Positions 28,518 through 39,342 of a DNA stretch of 64,000 nt are shown here, in pieces. The notes below the pieces were generated by a model. It searched no databases. It was not told the DNA's origin and worked only from the letters and a program-made list of their open reading frames with translations. Both the position numbers and the translations under genes were made by a program. The DNA is from Opitutia bacterium (GTDB taxonomy: Bacteria > Verrucomicrobiota > Verrucomicrobiia > Opitutales > T3Sed10-336), in NCBI GenBank assembly GCA_003558065.1, contig PWMU01000177.1, positions 18,045 to 82,044 of the forward strand, read 5' to 3'. Within the stretch, counting starts at the first letter, position 1, and each line of letters starts with the position of its first letter.

Positions 28518-29945
28518 ATGACCAAAAAACAGGCCCATCAACCGCAGCGCAGCTTTACGGAAAACGTCGACCGGATGTTCGACCGGGCGGCCAGCATTCT
28601 GGATCTCGACCCTGGAATGGCTGAAATGATCCGCCAGTGCAACGCGATCTATCAGGTGCGCTTTTCGGTAAAGCTCAAGGGCAATCTCCGATCGTTCGTG
28701 GGCTGGCGTGCCCTTCACAGCGAACACAGACTTCCGGCCAAAGGCGGTATCCGTTACTCCGACGCCGCGAATCTGGACGAGGTGGAAGCGCTGGCCGCGC
28801 TGATGTCGTACAAATGCGCCGTGGTCGACGTTCCCTTCGGCGGATCCAAGGGGGCGCTCTGCATTGACCCGCGTCACTACGACGCTGAAGACCTCGAAAA
28901 GATCACCCGCCGCTTCGCCCGCGAACTGATCAAAAAGAGTTTTATCAATACGAGCACCAACGTGCCGGGACCTGACATGGGCACAACGGCCAGAGAAATG
29001 GCGTGGATCAGCGACACGTACCGTACCCTGTGCCCCGAAGACATCAACGCGATCGCGTGCGTCACCGGAAAGCCGGAAACCCAGGGGGGCATCCGCGGAC
29101 GGGTCGAAGCCACCGGGCGCGGCGTGCAATACGGAATCCGGGAATTCTTTCGCAATCCCGAAGACGTGTCCAAAACGGGACTTTCCGGCGGACTCGACGG
29201 CAAGCGCATCATCGTTCAGGGCCTGGGCAACGTCGGGTACCACGCCGGCAAGTACCTTTCCGAGGAAGACGGAGCGCACGTCATCGGCGTCATCGAGCGG
29301 GACGGGGCACTGCTCGACGAAAAGGGCCTGAATGTCGAAGAGGTGTACCAGTGGAAAGTGGAGCAAGGCGGAATCAAAGGTTTCCCGAACGCGCGTTTCG
29401 TCGAAGACGGGAACTCGCTCCTGGAACACGAATGCGACATCCTGATTCCTGCCGCCCTCGAGGGCCAGATCCACGGCGACAACGCTGGACGCGTTCAAGC
29501 GAAAATCGTGGCGGAAGCGGCCAACGGACCGGTCACGTTTAATGCGGACGCAATCCTTCGCGAGCGCGGCATCATTGTCATTCCCGACTTCTACCTCAAC
29601 GCAGGCGGGGTCACGGTTTCCTATTTCGAGTGGATCAAGAACATCTCTCATATACGGTTCGGCCGGCTGGAACGCCGGCTGGACGAGATGCGCGGAGCCC
29701 GGATCGTCGAGGTTCTGGAGCACATGACAGGCAGGCAAGTCCCGGGGGAAATGGCGAAGAAGCTGGCCCAGGGCGCCGACGAGCTCGACCTTGTGCGTTC
29801 GGGCCTGGAGGACACCATGCGGCTGGCCTACCAGGCGATCCGCGAAACCTGGCTGGAAGACGGCCGGGTCGAAGACCTGCGGACCGCAGCCTTCGTCGTC
29901 GCCCTCCGAAAGATAGCCCGCTCCTACGAGCAGGTGGGGCTGTAG
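28518..29945 (+). CDS. gdh: Glutamate dehydrogenase (Glu/Leu/Phe/Val dehydrogenase family)
   Basis: Catalytic-Lys motif VPFGGSKGAL and Rossmann motif VQGLGNVGYH. The 500-aa antisense ORF at 28473..29975 is a shadow ORF. Confidence 0.9.
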   Translation: MTKKQAHQPQRSFTENVDRMFDRAASILDLDPGMAEMIRQCNAIYQVRFSVKLKGNLRSFVGWRALHSEHRLPAKGGIRYSDAANLDEVEALAALMSYKCAVVDVPFGGSKGALCIDPRHYDAEDLEKITRRFARELIKKSFINTSTNVPGPDMGTTAREMAWISDTYRTLCPEDINAIACVTGKPETQGGIRGRVEATGRGVQYGIREFFRNPEDVSKTGLSGGLDGKRIIVQGLGNVGYHAGKYLSEEDGAHVIGVIERDGALLDEKGLNVEEVYQWKVEQGGIKGFPNARFVEDGNSLLEHECDILIPAALEGQIHGDNAGRVQAKIVAEAANGPVTFNADAILRERGIIVIPDFYLNAGGVTVSYFEWIKNISHIRFGRLERRLDEMRGARIVEVLEHMTGRQVPGEMAKKLAQGADELDLVRSGLEDTMRLAYQAIRETWLEDGRVEDLRTAAFVVALRKIARSYEQVGL

Positions 29946-30034
29946 GGAGTCGGTTGTGCGCCTTCTCGTTCGCAAACGCCGATCCGGAATGAGATTGAAA
30001 ACCCGTCGGCGGTCGGTAGATACTCGTTCTTTTC

Positions 30035-30976
30035 ATGGAAAGCGAAGAAATCCATATCGCCGGCGTCGAAGACTATCTCAGGAACCTGCAGGATACAATC
30101 TGCGGGGCGCTCGAAAAAGAAGACACTTGGGAAACATTCGTTGAGGACACCTGGCCGCGCGAGGAGGGAGGCGGCGGGCGCAGCCGGGTGCTCAGCCGGG
30201 GGAAAGTCTTTGAAAAGGCCGGCGTCAACTTTTCTCACGTCCGGGGCAAGCAACTGCCGCCCTCGGCCAGCGCTTCCCGGCCGGAACTGGCCGATCGCGC
30301 CTTTCGGGCGATGGGCCTATCGCTGGTGGTCCACCCGAAAAGCCCGATGATCCCCGCCTCCCACGCGAACGTGCGCTTCTTTCACGCCGTCAAAGAGGGT
30401 GCTCCCGACGTCTGGTGGTTTGGCGGCGGTTTCGATCTGACGCCTTACTACGGGTACGAAGAAGACGCGATTCACTGGCACCGCACGGCGAAAGAAGCCT
30501 GCGATCCCTTCGGCAAGGAACTGTATCCGCGGTTCAAGAAGGCCTGCGACGACTATTTTTACATCAAACACCGGGACGAGCACCGCGGAATCGGCGGGCT
30601 TTTTTTCGACGACTTCAACAAACCCGGTTTCGACCAATCCTTCGCCTTCATGCGCAGCGTGGGCGATCACTTCCTTCCCGCCTACATCCCGATCGTTCAA
30701 CGCCGAAAGGAAGAAAAGTCGGGCGGCAGAGAGCGTGATTTTCAACTGTATCGGCGGGGGCGTTACGTCGAGTTCAACCTCGTCTATGACCGCGGGACTC
30801 TTTTCGGCCTCCAATCGGGCGGTCGCACCGAATCCATTCTGATGTCGCTCCCCCCCCTGGTCAAATGGGCCTACAACTGGCAGCCCGAGCCCGGCTCGCC
30901 CGAAGAAAATCTCTACACCGATTTCCTGCGTCCCCGAGACTGGCTCGGGATCGATAAAAGCACCCTGACGCCATGA
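30035..30976 (+). CDS. hemF: Oxygen-dependent coproporphyrinogen III oxidase
   Basis: [27 protein letters not shown] and [34 protein letters not shown]. Confidence 0.9.
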   Translation: MESEEIHIAGVEDYLRNLQDTICGALEKEDTWETFVEDTWPREEGGGGRSRVLSRGKVFEKAGVNFSHVRGKQLPPSASASRPELADRAFRAMGLSLVVHPKSPMIPASHANVRFFHAVKEGAPDVWWFGGGFDLTPYYGYEEDAIHWHRTAKEACDPFGKELYPRFKKACDDYFYIKHRDEHRGIGGLFFDDFNKPGFDQSFAFMRSVGDHFLPAYIPIVQRRKEEKSGGRERDFQLYRRGRYVEFNLVYDRGTLFGLQSGGRTESILMSLPPLVKWAYNWQPEPGSPEENLYTDFLRPRDWLGIDKSTLTP

Positions 30977-32019
30977 AGACCGCCGAATCCAACCTGACCT
31001 CACGACAACGTTTCCTGGCAGCCTGCCGCGGCGAGCCGCTCGACACGCCGCCCCTCTGGATCATGCGCCAGGCCGGAAGGTACCTTCCGGAGTACCGGAA
31101 ACTCAAGTGGAAGCACGGATTCCTGACCATGGTCAAGACTCCGGAACTCGCGACCGAGGTCACTCTCCAGCCCATCCGCCGGTTCGGATTCGACGCGGCG
31201 ATTCTGTTTTCCGACATCCTGGTCATTCCGGAAGCAATGGGCCAACCCTACCATTTTCGCGACGAGGGCGGCATCGGAATGGATTTTCCGATCCGTTCGA
31301 AAGACGATATCGACAGGCTCGATACAAGCGGCATCCGGGAGCGGCTGGACTATGTTCCCGGGGCGCTGAAACTGCTCAAGCGGGAATTGGATGGGAAGAC
31401 CGCGCTTTTGGGCTTCGCAGGCTCCCCCTGGACCCTGGCCACGTACATGGTGGAGGGCGGGAGTTCGACGCACTTCGAAAAGCTCAAAGAGCTCTTTTAC
31501 GGAAACCGCGCGCTGTTCGAAACGCTGATGGAGAAGATCACCGAAGCGGTCGTGAACTACTACCGGATGCAGGTGGAGGCAGGAGTTGACGCGGTGCAGA
31601 TTTTCGATTCCTGGGGCGGAGCGTGCGCGGGAGGCGACTATGAAGCCGCGTCCCTCAAATGGCTCCGGCGGATTCTGCGGGAAATCGGGGAGGCGGTGCC
31701 GGTGATTCTTTACGCGAAGGGCCTGCATCACCGCATCGACGAGCTGGCGAAGGCGGGACCGCAAGTGATCAGCGTCGACTGGACCGCGGACCTCGGCCAC
31801 TTGCGCGACACCCTGAAAAAACCGGTTGCGCTCCAGGGCAACCTCGACCCCGTCCTTTTGAACACCACACCCGGCATAGTCCGGCAGGAAACCGGAAAGA
31901 TCCTGGATGCCATGAAGGGCTATTCCGGCGGCCACATCTTTAACCTGGGTCACGGCATTCTGCCGACCGCCAGGATCGAGAACGTCGAGGCGATTGTTGA
32001 AACGGTGCGCCGCTCATGA
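30973..32019 (+). CDS. hemE: Uroporphyrinogen decarboxylase
   Basis: [17 protein letters not shown] and [14 protein letters not shown]. Its ATGA overlaps the hemF stop. Confidence 0.95.
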   Translation: MKTAESNLTSRQRFLAACRGEPLDTPPLWIMRQAGRYLPEYRKLKWKHGFLTMVKTPELATEVTLQPIRRFGFDAAILFSDILVIPEAMGQPYHFRDEGGIGMDFPIRSKDDIDRLDTSGIRERLDYVPGALKLLKRELDGKTALLGFAGSPWTLATYMVEGGSSTHFEKLKELFYGNRALFETLMEKITEAVVNYYRMQVEAGVDAVQIFDSWGGACAGGDYEAASLKWLRRILREIGEAVPVILYAKGLHHRIDELAKAGPQVISVDWTADLGHLRDTLKKPVALQGNLDPVLLNTTPGIVRQETGKILDAMKGYSGGHIFNLGHGILPTARIENVEAIVETVRRS

Positions 32020-33383
32020 GTGCCTCCCGGAAAACACTTGTGATCGGCGGCGGTATTACGGGGCTCACGGCGGCCTGGCGGTTGCACAGCGCGGGACATC
32101 GGGTGGAACTGCTGGAAGCAGGCAACCGGGTTGGGGGCATGATCCGGACCGAAAACATCGACGGCTTTCTGGCCGAGCTGGGTCCCAACACGCTGCAGGA
32201 AAATCGCGCTGAAACCGCCGAGCTACTTAAGGACCTCGGCCTCGACGATCAACGCGTCTATGCGGGGTCGGTATCCAAAAACCGATACATTCTTCGGAAC
32301 GGAAAACCTGTTCCTCTCCCCCTCTCCCCGGTCTCGCTCTTCTTCGGCGGCTTTTTTCGTCCCTCGACCCGCCTGCGCCTGCTGGGAGAGCCCTTCATTC
32401 GCCGGGCACCCGGCGACACGGTGGAAACGATGGAAACATTCGTCCGGCGGCGGCTCGGTCAGGAGCTCCTCGATTACGCGGTGAACCCGTTCGTTGCCGG
32501 GACCTTTGCGGCCCGGCCCCCGGACCTCGCCGTCCGGTACGCCTTTCCCCGGCTTCACCGGATGGAGCAGGAGCACGGTTCCCTGGTGAAAGGCGCCCTG
32601 TTCGGCAAACGCCACAAGCCGGAAGGCGGCCGCGGCATCTTTTCCTTCAAGGACGGCCTCCAGGCGATCCCGAACGCCCTTGCCGGGCGTCTCGGCGGGG
32701 CGATCCACACCGGCACCCGGGCAGTCGCGTTGGAGAAGGACGAGAAATGGAAAGCCACCGCCGAACGCAATGGAGAACCGCTCCGGATTGAAGCCGATAC
32801 GATCCTTCTCGCCCTCCCGCCGCAAGCGCTCGGTGATATCCGGATCACGGGCCGGAGTCTCGAAGAAAGCCTCTCGCTGACCGCCCGGCTGCCGGCTCCC
32901 CCCCTGTCGGTCCTCTTCCTGGGTTACCGCCGGGACCAGGTCCGCCATCCCCTCGACGGCTTCGGAATGCTGGTGCCCGAGAAGGAGAACCGGAAAATCC
33001 TCGGCGCCCTGTTTTCCTCGTCCCTTTTCACCGGCCGGGCTCCGGACGGGCATGTTTCCCTGACCGTCTTTATCGGCGGCAGCCGGCAACCGGAACTCGC
33101 GACGAAACCGCTGCCCGAACTGGAACGCCTCGTTCGCGGCGAGTTGAAGGAGCTTTTCGGCGTGGAAGGGGAACCCTGCGTCATCCGCCACACCCTGTGG
33201 CCGCGGGTGATTCCTCATTATACCGTCGACCACGGAAAGCTCATCGACGATCTCGATGCGCTGGAGAGCGAGCATCGCGGCCTTCACATCGGCGGCCCCG
33301 TCCGTCAGGGCGTCGCGCTCGGCGACTGCATCGCCTCGGGCTTCGGTCTCGCCGGCAAGGTTCTCGAAAAGCCGAACGGGTAG
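32016..33383 (+). CDS. hemY: Protoporphyrinogen oxidase (FAD-dependent, HemY type)
   Basis: LVIGGGITGLTAAWRL dinucleotide-binding motif, 455 aa. Its ATGA overlaps the hemE stop. Confidence 0.85.
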   Translation: MSASRKTLVIGGGITGLTAAWRLHSAGHRVELLEAGNRVGGMIRTENIDGFLAELGPNTLQENRAETAELLKDLGLDDQRVYAGSVSKNRYILRNGKPVPLPLSPVSLFFGGFFRPSTRLRLLGEPFIRRAPGDTVETMETFVRRRLGQELLDYAVNPFVAGTFAARPPDLAVRYAFPRLHRMEQEHGSLVKGALFGKRHKPEGGRGIFSFKDGLQAIPNALAGRLGGAIHTGTRAVALEKDEKWKATAERNGEPLRIEADTILLALPPQALGDIRITGRSLEESLSLTARLPAPPLSVLFLGYRRDQVRHPLDGFGMLVPEKENRKILGALFSSSLFTGRAPDGHVSLTVFIGGSRQPELATKPLPELERLVRGELKELFGVEGEPCVIRHTLWPRVIPHYTVDHGKLIDDLDALESEHRGLHIGGPVRQGVALGDCIASGFGLAGKVLEKPNG

Positions 33384-33573
33384 CCTCATAGAGGTCCGGT
33401 CCGGATAGAGGTCTTCGGGTTATTTATCGTTTCGGAACAGTACGGCTACCGGGACAGCAAAAAGCCCCGTAACGGAAAAGTCCCTCGGCCATGCGCCCCC
33501 TCTGCAACGGAACCGTTGTCGCGGATTTCGGTACTCGCTGATGATGTGCCGCTGACCGGCAACACCTTCCCCT

Positions 33574-34767
33574 TCAGTTCCGCGGTTTGAGCGATCCGGG
33601 GACGTCGCTGAAATCGAAGCCGGTGACCGCTTCGGCGGCGAGGTCGGCGAGGTCGCGCTGCAGGTCGAGAACATTCCCCGTACCGTCGGGGTGGACACGG
33701 TTGGAGAGGAACATCCAGAAGGTTTCGGAAACCGGATCGATCCATAGGCAGCCGCCGGTCCAGCCGGTGTGGCCATAGGAACCGAGCGGGAAATGATTTC
33801 CGCGCGGCCGGCTGAAACCGGTGTCGATGTCCCATCCGAGGCCGCGCCTGTCCTCCATCGCGTCCGGGGTCTGCACGGCGGTCATGAGTTCGACCGTTCC
33901 TTCATCTAAAACCCGAACGCCTTCCAGCTCGCCTCGATTGAGCATCATCCGGGCGAACCGGGCGAGATCGCCGGCCGTGCTGAAAAGCCCGGCGTGACCC
34001 GAAACGCCGTCCATGGCCCGGGCGGTCGGATCGTGAACGACGCCGCGCAGCATTCCGTCACCGGTTCGCTGAGTCGGCGCGATTCGTTCCTTCCAGCCCT
34101 CAGGGGGGAGGAACCGGGTGTTCGCCATGCCCAGGGGTTCGAATACATTCTCCTTGGCGAAACGCTCCAACCCGTCGCCGGAGACCCGACGGACGATTTC
34201 GCTCAGCAGGATAAAATTGATGTCGCTGTAGCGAAAAACCGTCCCTGGTTCGTCCCGGGGTTGCTCGGCGCACGCCAACTCGATAGCCCTTTCGTAACCG
34301 GACCACTCGGGGCGAAGGGAAATGCCGGGCCGCATGCCGGAAGTATGGGTCAGCAAGTGCCGCACCGTCACGGTGTCCCGTCCGTTCCCGGAAAACGCCT
34401 CGATGTATCGTCCTACCGGCTCGTCAAGACCGACCTCGCCGCGTTCGATCAGGAGCATCACCGCGGGCGAAGTCGCGACGACCTTGGTGAGGGAGGCGAC
34501 ATCAAAAACGGTCTCCTCGGTCATCTCTTCCACGGCAGGTTCCACCGCGCGCTTGCCATATGCCCTCTGATACACCCCGCCCTTCCTCTCGAGCCGGAAA
34601 ATCCCGCCGGGAGTGCGCCCGGCATCGATCGCTTCCAGAACAGTCCGGTCAATTTCCTTCAACACGTCCGGTTTGAAGTCCCCTCCCCGCGCGGTCGTCA
34701 CGCCCAGCAGCAGGCCGCAAAACACCAGCGGCAAACCCGATACAAGCAGGTGGTGCGTGAAGTCCAT
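33574..34767 (-). CDS. Serine hydrolase (class C beta-lactamase / family VIII esterase fold), secreted
   Basis: ATG at 34767 gives a signal peptide (MDFTHHLLVSGLPLVFCGLLLGVTTARG). S-x-x-K occurs as DVASLTKVV, and a GHTGWTG box lies near the C-terminus. Confidence 0.8.
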   Translation of the reverse strand: MDFTHHLLVSGLPLVFCGLLLGVTTARGGDFKPDVLKEIDRTVLEAIDAGRTPGGIFRLERKGGVYQRAYGKRAVEPAVEEMTEETVFDVASLTKVVATSPAVMLLIERGEVGLDEPVGRYIEAFSGNGRDTVTVRHLLTHTSGMRPGISLRPEWSGYERAIELACAEQPRDEPGTVFRYSDINFILLSEIVRRVSGDGLERFAKENVFEPLGMANTRFLPPEGWKERIAPTQRTGDGMLRGVVHDPTARAMDGVSGHAGLFSTAGDLARFARMMLNRGELEGVRVLDEGTVELMTAVQTPDAMEDRRGLGWDIDTGFSRPRGNHFPLGSYGHTGWTGGCLWIDPVSETFWMFLSNRVHPDGTGNVLDLQRDLADLAAEAVTGFDFSDVPGSLKPRN

Positions 34768-34943
34768 CGGAACACCCCTACCAGAAGTCCGCGCACCGGT
34801 GAAGCTTATTCTTTGCCAACACAGGCAAAGGAAGCGGACCCGTTCCCGTGCTCGCGTTCGCGGCGGATCGCGCTGTGATCCCGCTTTCCCGTCCGGCATC
34901 TCCAGGGAACACGAATCCTGAGCCGGTTTGTCCCGCGGCGTCC

Positions 34944-37196
34944 TCACGTCAAGTTCACGGCGTCGACATCGAGCACCTGCACCATGTCGTCGGGCCAGGG
35001 AAACTCCTGTCGGAGCGCCTGGAGCCTGGGGACGGTACGGGAAACATTTTTCGTGAAATACCAGACCTGGTAACGGTAACGGTCTTTGATTTTCTCCAGC
35101 GGGGCCGGGCAGGGACCGCGGATCTCGATGTCCCCGTCGAATTTCTCCTCCAGCAGGCGCACCCAGCGTTCGGCGTAAAAAGAGAGCTTTTCGGGGTTGG
35201 ATCCGTGCATGAGGTGGTGGATGAGGTGCCGGAAAGGCGGATACTGGAAGCTCCGACGCGCCTCCATCTCCTCCTCGATGAACCCCTCGAAATCCTCCCG
35301 TCGCGCATAGTGGATGGTTCCGGCATGAGGCGTGAAAGTCTGGACAACGACCTCCCCCGCCCGGTCGCCCCGGCCCGATCGCCCGCTGACCTGCACCAGG
35401 AGCTGGAAAGTTCGTTCGTTGGCACGGAAGTCGGGAATGTGCAGGGAGAGATCCGCGTCGATCAGGCCGACCAGGGTCACATTGGGAAAATCCAGCCCCT
35501 TGGCTATCATCTGCGTCCCGACCAGGATGTCGATTTTCCCGAGGCGAAAATCGTTGAGGATTTCCCGAAACCGGTTCTTCTTCGACATGGCATCAGTATC
35601 CATTCTCTCGATACGCGCCCGGGGAAGAAGCCCCTTTGCGGCATCCTCCACCCGCTGCGTGCCGAACCCCTTCCACCGGATCTTGACCGATTTGCACTCC
35701 GGACACTGCCGTGGCGCCTTCTCCTGGTGGCCGCACAGATGGCATTTGATGGTCTCATCGCTGCGGTGGTAGGTCAGGGAAATGCTGCAATGCTCGCATT
35801 CACAGACGTGGCCGCACTCGGGACAAAGCACGCTGCTGGAAAAACCCCGCCGGTTGATAAACAGGATGGTCTGCTCCCGCTTCTCAAAACGGTCGATCAT
35901 CTTGTCGGCCAGAGGCCGGGAGAGCCCCAGGGCGCCGCGCTTGCTGAGAATCTCCCGGGTCATGTCGACAACATGGATCATCGGCAGACGGCGGTCGTCC
36001 ACACGCCGCGACAACCGGTTCACCGCGTACTTGCCGGAAGACACGTTGCGCAGGGATTCCATTGAAGGGGTGGCCGATCCGAGCACGCAGACCGCGCGGT
36101 TGAGGAACGCCCGGTAAACGGCAACGTCCCGCCCGTGGTAACGCGGCACCTCCTCCTGCTTGTAGGCCGGCTCGTGCTCCTCATCCACCACGATGAGCCG
36201 CAGGTCCGGCATCGGCGCGAAAACGGCCGAGCGGGCGCCGACAACCAGGCGGGCCTCGCCCCGCACGACAGCCGTCCAGGCGTCGAAGCGCTCCCCTTCG
36301 GACAGGTGACTGTGCCAGACGACGGTCTTTACGCCGCTTTCCCGCTCGAGGCGGCCGCGCAGCCGGCCGACGGTCTGAGGGGCGAGCGCCACCTCCGGAA
36401 CGAGGAAAATGGCCCCGCCGCCGGCCGCCAGGGCTTCCTGCAGCACCTTGATGTAAACCTCGGTCTTCCCGGATCCTGTAACTCCCTGCAACAGGTGGAC
36501 GCGGAACACCTCTTTCTTTAGCGTCGCAATCATCTCTCCCGCCGCCGCCAATTGTTCGACGTTGAGTTCGGGTGGGATGACTTCGACGGCCTCCCCCCCG
36601 CCGAGATCGTCCCGGTAGGCTTCCCGATCGAGCCGGCGTGCCTCCTCCGCCACCCACCCCTGCTCGACGAGCGCGCGGCAACTGGCCGCCGCGACGCCGG
36701 TCCGCTTGAGCACCAGGGATTTCTTCAGGGGTTGAAACTGCTGGGAGAGAAACTCGTAGAGGGCGGCCTGCCGGGGCGCTTTCGTTCGAAGGTTTTCCAG
36801 CTCCCCGGCCGGCATGCTCCGGGCCGCGACGAGGTACTTTTCCTCCTTTCCCTTCATACCGCGACGAACGGCGGCCGGGATCATGGTCTCGAGGATCGCC
36901 TCCGCGGGAGCGGCGTAATAATCACGCATCCAGCGCACCAGCGCCACCAGCTCGCCCGTAAGGACCGCCTCGTCGTGAATCAATTGCGTCAGGCACTTCA
37001 GGCGCCGGACGGGCATTCCGCTGCTGCCTTCGGTCGCCGCGACGATCCCGAGGCTCTGCCGATTGCGGATCGGCACGCGCACCAGGCTCCCCACCCGGAC
37101 CCGTCCCTCCATGTGGGACGGAACCCGGTAGTCGAGTTCCTTTTCGAAACCGGCGAACGGGATGACGCTGACGATCGTTTCCTGGGTACGGGACAT
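34944..37196 (-). CDS. priA: Primosomal protein N' (replication restart helicase)
   Basis: GVTGSGKTEVY, DEEH and the Cys-rich insert CPECGHVCECEHCSISLTYHR...KCHLCGH...CPEC. Confidence 0.9.
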   Translation of the reverse strand: MSRTQETIVSVIPFAGFEKELDYRVPSHMEGRVRVGSLVRVPIRNRQSLGIVAATEGSSGMPVRRLKCLTQLIHDEAVLTGELVALVRWMRDYYAAPAEAILETMIPAAVRRGMKGKEEKYLVAARSMPAGELENLRTKAPRQAALYEFLSQQFQPLKKSLVLKRTGVAAASCRALVEQGWVAEEARRLDREAYRDDLGGGEAVEVIPPELNVEQLAAAGEMIATLKKEVFRVHLLQGVTGSGKTEVYIKVLQEALAAGGGAIFLVPEVALAPQTVGRLRGRLERESGVKTVVWHSHLSEGERFDAWTAVVRGEARLVVGARSAVFAPMPDLRLIVVDEEHEPAYKQEEVPRYHGRDVAVYRAFLNRAVCVLGSATPSMESLRNVSSGKYAVNRLSRRVDDRRLPMIHVVDMTREILSKRGALGLSRPLADKMIDRFEKREQTILFINRRGFSSSVLCPECGHVCECEHCSISLTYHRSDETIKCHLCGHQEKAPRQCPECKSVKIRWKGFGTQRVEDAAKGLLPRARIERMDTDAMSKKNRFREILNDFRLGKIDILVGTQMIAKGLDFPNVTLVGLIDADLSLHIPDFRANERTFQLLVQVSGRSGRGDRAGEVVVQTFTPHAGTIHYARREDFEGFIEEEMEARRSFQYPPFRHLIHHLMHGSNPEKLSFYAERWVRLLEEKFDGDIEIRGPCPAPLEKIKDRYRYQVWYFTKNVSRTVPRLQALRQEFPWPDDMVQVLDVDAVNLT

Positions 37197-37420
37197 GCGG
37201 ATGCTGTGACCGACACCTTGGGGAAATCAGTGCCGATTGCGAAAGTTTTTCTCGGCCCGGCGGCCCGCCTGCCGATTCAGGCCGGCTGCCGAAAATCGGG
37301 GTCCGCGCTTTCATGGGCAAAAGAACCTCCTCGACCGGTTTCGAACCCGCCGGGACCAATCACAACCCGCTCATGTGAAACAACAAACCCGCCCCCGCCC
37401 CCTCGCCGGCACGCCTGACT

Positions 37421-37921
37421 TTGATTGACACAGCTACCGAAGTACGCGACCTTGACACAGTGAAAATTGATGATTGCAGAGAAAGATTCAGAACTTTCCT
37501 GGCCGACAGCGGCTTCCGAATCACCAACCAGAGACTCGCCATATTTGATGCCGCCTTTCGCATCGACAATCATTTCACAGCAGAGGAACTCCTCGACGAG
37601 GCCAGGAAAATTGACAGCTCGGTCTCCCGTGCTACCGTTTATCGTACCTTGCCGATCCTGACCGGGAGCAGCCTGGTCAGGGAAATTGATGTCGGCAAAG
37701 ACTTTAAGTTTTATCTCGCAAATCCCGAGAAGGGCAACCAACAGGCGCAGGTGCTGTGCGAAGATTGCGACAAGATATTTGAGATCGATGCGCCGTTTCT
37801 GGAGTGGTACGGAAGCAGCGTTTCCTCCAAATTCGGTCTCAAACCGGTGTCGCAACGTTTACAGATCAGCGCCCAATGCACCGAGTACCGGGAGAGCGGG
37901 GCCTGCAAGAACCATTCCTGA
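37421..37921 (+). CDS. fur: Fur family metalloregulator
   Basis: [45 protein letters not shown] and [10 protein letters not shown]. The listed start is TTG at 37421; GTG at 37460 is an alternative. Confidence 0.8.
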   Translation: MIDTATEVRDLDTVKIDDCRERFRTFLADSGFRITNQRLAIFDAAFRIDNHFTAEELLDEARKIDSSVSRATVYRTLPILTGSSLVREIDVGKDFKFYLANPEKGNQQAQVLCEDCDKIFEIDAPFLEWYGSSVSSKFGLKPVSQRLQISAQCTEYRESGACKNHS

Positions 37922-37928
37922 GAGATTC

Positions 37929-38291
37929 ATGAATCGCAAAAATAGCTTCGAAATCGAATTCTTCGAAAAAATCCACAAACGGTGTCCCGATTTCACGGAG
38001 GTGGTCGAGATCCTCGGCGGCCTTTACACGAAGGAAGGCCGTATCGACGACGGATTGAAGATGGACCGCAAACTGGTTCGCCTGATGCCGGAAAATCCCA
38101 ACGCCCACTACAATCTCGCCTGCAGTCTTGCCCTGAAACGCCGCAATCGGGAAGCGATTCAATCCCTGAGCAAAGCGGTCGATCTGGGCTACAACGACAT
38201 CGAATGGCTTCTCCAGGATCCCGATCTCGACAGCATTAAGAGTTATTCAAGCTTTGGAAAACTGGCCTCGGAGATCAAAGGGACCCATTAG
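37929..38291 (+). CDS. Small TPR-like protein
   Basis: ATG at 37929, 120 aa. NPNAHYNLACSLALKRRNREAIQSLSKAVDLGYNDIEWLLQDPDLDSI is TPR-like. It lies 7 nt after the fur stop and 4 nt before nadA. Confidence 0.6.
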   Translation: MNRKNSFEIEFFEKIHKRCPDFTEVVEILGGLYTKEGRIDDGLKMDRKLVRLMPENPNAHYNLACSLALKRRNREAIQSLSKAVDLGYNDIEWLLQDPDLDSIKSYSSFGKLASEIKGTH

Positions 38292-38295
38292 AGTT

Positions 38296-39279
38296 ATGCC
38301 TGAATTACTGGACTACGAACCGGTGGTGTTCTCGCCGGAAACCGAACAGGAGAAACCGCTCACTCCGGTGCAGGAGGAGATCCTCGAGCTCAAAAAGCGG
38401 CGTAATGCCTTGATCATCGCGCACAATTACCAGGTGGGCCCGATCCAGCGGATTGCGGACTACGTGGGGGATTCGCTCGGGCTTTCCTACAAGGCGGCGG
38501 AGGCTGACGCCGACGTCATCCTCTTCTGCGGGGTGCATTTCATGGCGGAAACCGCGAAGATCGTCAATCCCGGCAAAACCGTCCTGCTGCCGGACATGGA
38601 GGCGGGTTGTTCACTGTCGGACTCCTGCCCGCCCCATCAGCTTGCCGCCTACAAGGAGAAAAACCCGGGCCTTTACGTCGTCGCCTACATCAATTGTTCG
38701 GCCGGGGTCAAAGCGTTGAGCGACGTGATCTGCACGAGCGGCAACGCGGTGCGGATCGTGGAAAATATCCCGGAAGACCGTGAAATTCTCTTCGTACCCG
38801 ACCAGAATCTCGGCCAGTGGGTGGCGGCCCGAACCGGGCGCAAGATGCGGCTGTGGCCGGGCAGCTGCTACGTCCACATCCTCTTCACAGCCCGGACCCT
38901 GGAAAACCTGAAAACCCGGTATCCCGACGCGCCGATCGTCGCCCATCCCGAATGTACGGAAGCGGTGCGCGACATGGCGGACGAGGTTTGCAGCACGGAG
39001 AAGATGGTGGACTTTGCCCGCAACAATCCGGCGGAACGTTTCATCGTCGTGACCGAAGCCGGCATGCTTCATCGGTTGCACCGCGAAGTGCCGGAAAAGA
39101 CTTTCATCGCCGGCCCTTCCGAAAACTGCGCCTGCAACGAGTGCCGGTTCATGAAAATGAACACAATCGAAAAGGTTCGCGATGCGCTGAAGAATCTGGC
39201 TCCGGAGATCACGCTGCCCGAGGATGTCCGCCGGGCGGCCTATCAGCCGATCAAACGCATGCTTGACTGGAGCCGGTAG
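38296..39279 (+). CDS. nadA: Quinolinate synthase
   Basis: IIAHNYQ..IQ..ADYVGDS, CGVHFMAETAKI, GCSLSDSC, YINCSA and CACNECRFMK. Confidence 0.9.
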   Translation: MPELLDYEPVVFSPETEQEKPLTPVQEEILELKKRRNALIIAHNYQVGPIQRIADYVGDSLGLSYKAAEADADVILFCGVHFMAETAKIVNPGKTVLLPDMEAGCSLSDSCPPHQLAAYKEKNPGLYVVAYINCSAGVKALSDVICTSGNAVRIVENIPEDREILFVPDQNLGQWVAARTGRKMRLWPGSCYVHILFTARTLENLKTRYPDAPIVAHPECTEAVRDMADEVCSTEKMVDFARNNPAERFIVVTEAGMLHRLHREVPEKTFIAGPSENCACNECRFMKMNTIEKVRDALKNLAPEITLPEDVRRAAYQPIKRMLDWSR

Positions 39280-39342
39280 CTATTTGCGTCCCGCCGGGAT
39301 ATTTTGTTTCCGTCGGCACGCGTTTGCCGCTTTCCTGAAGCC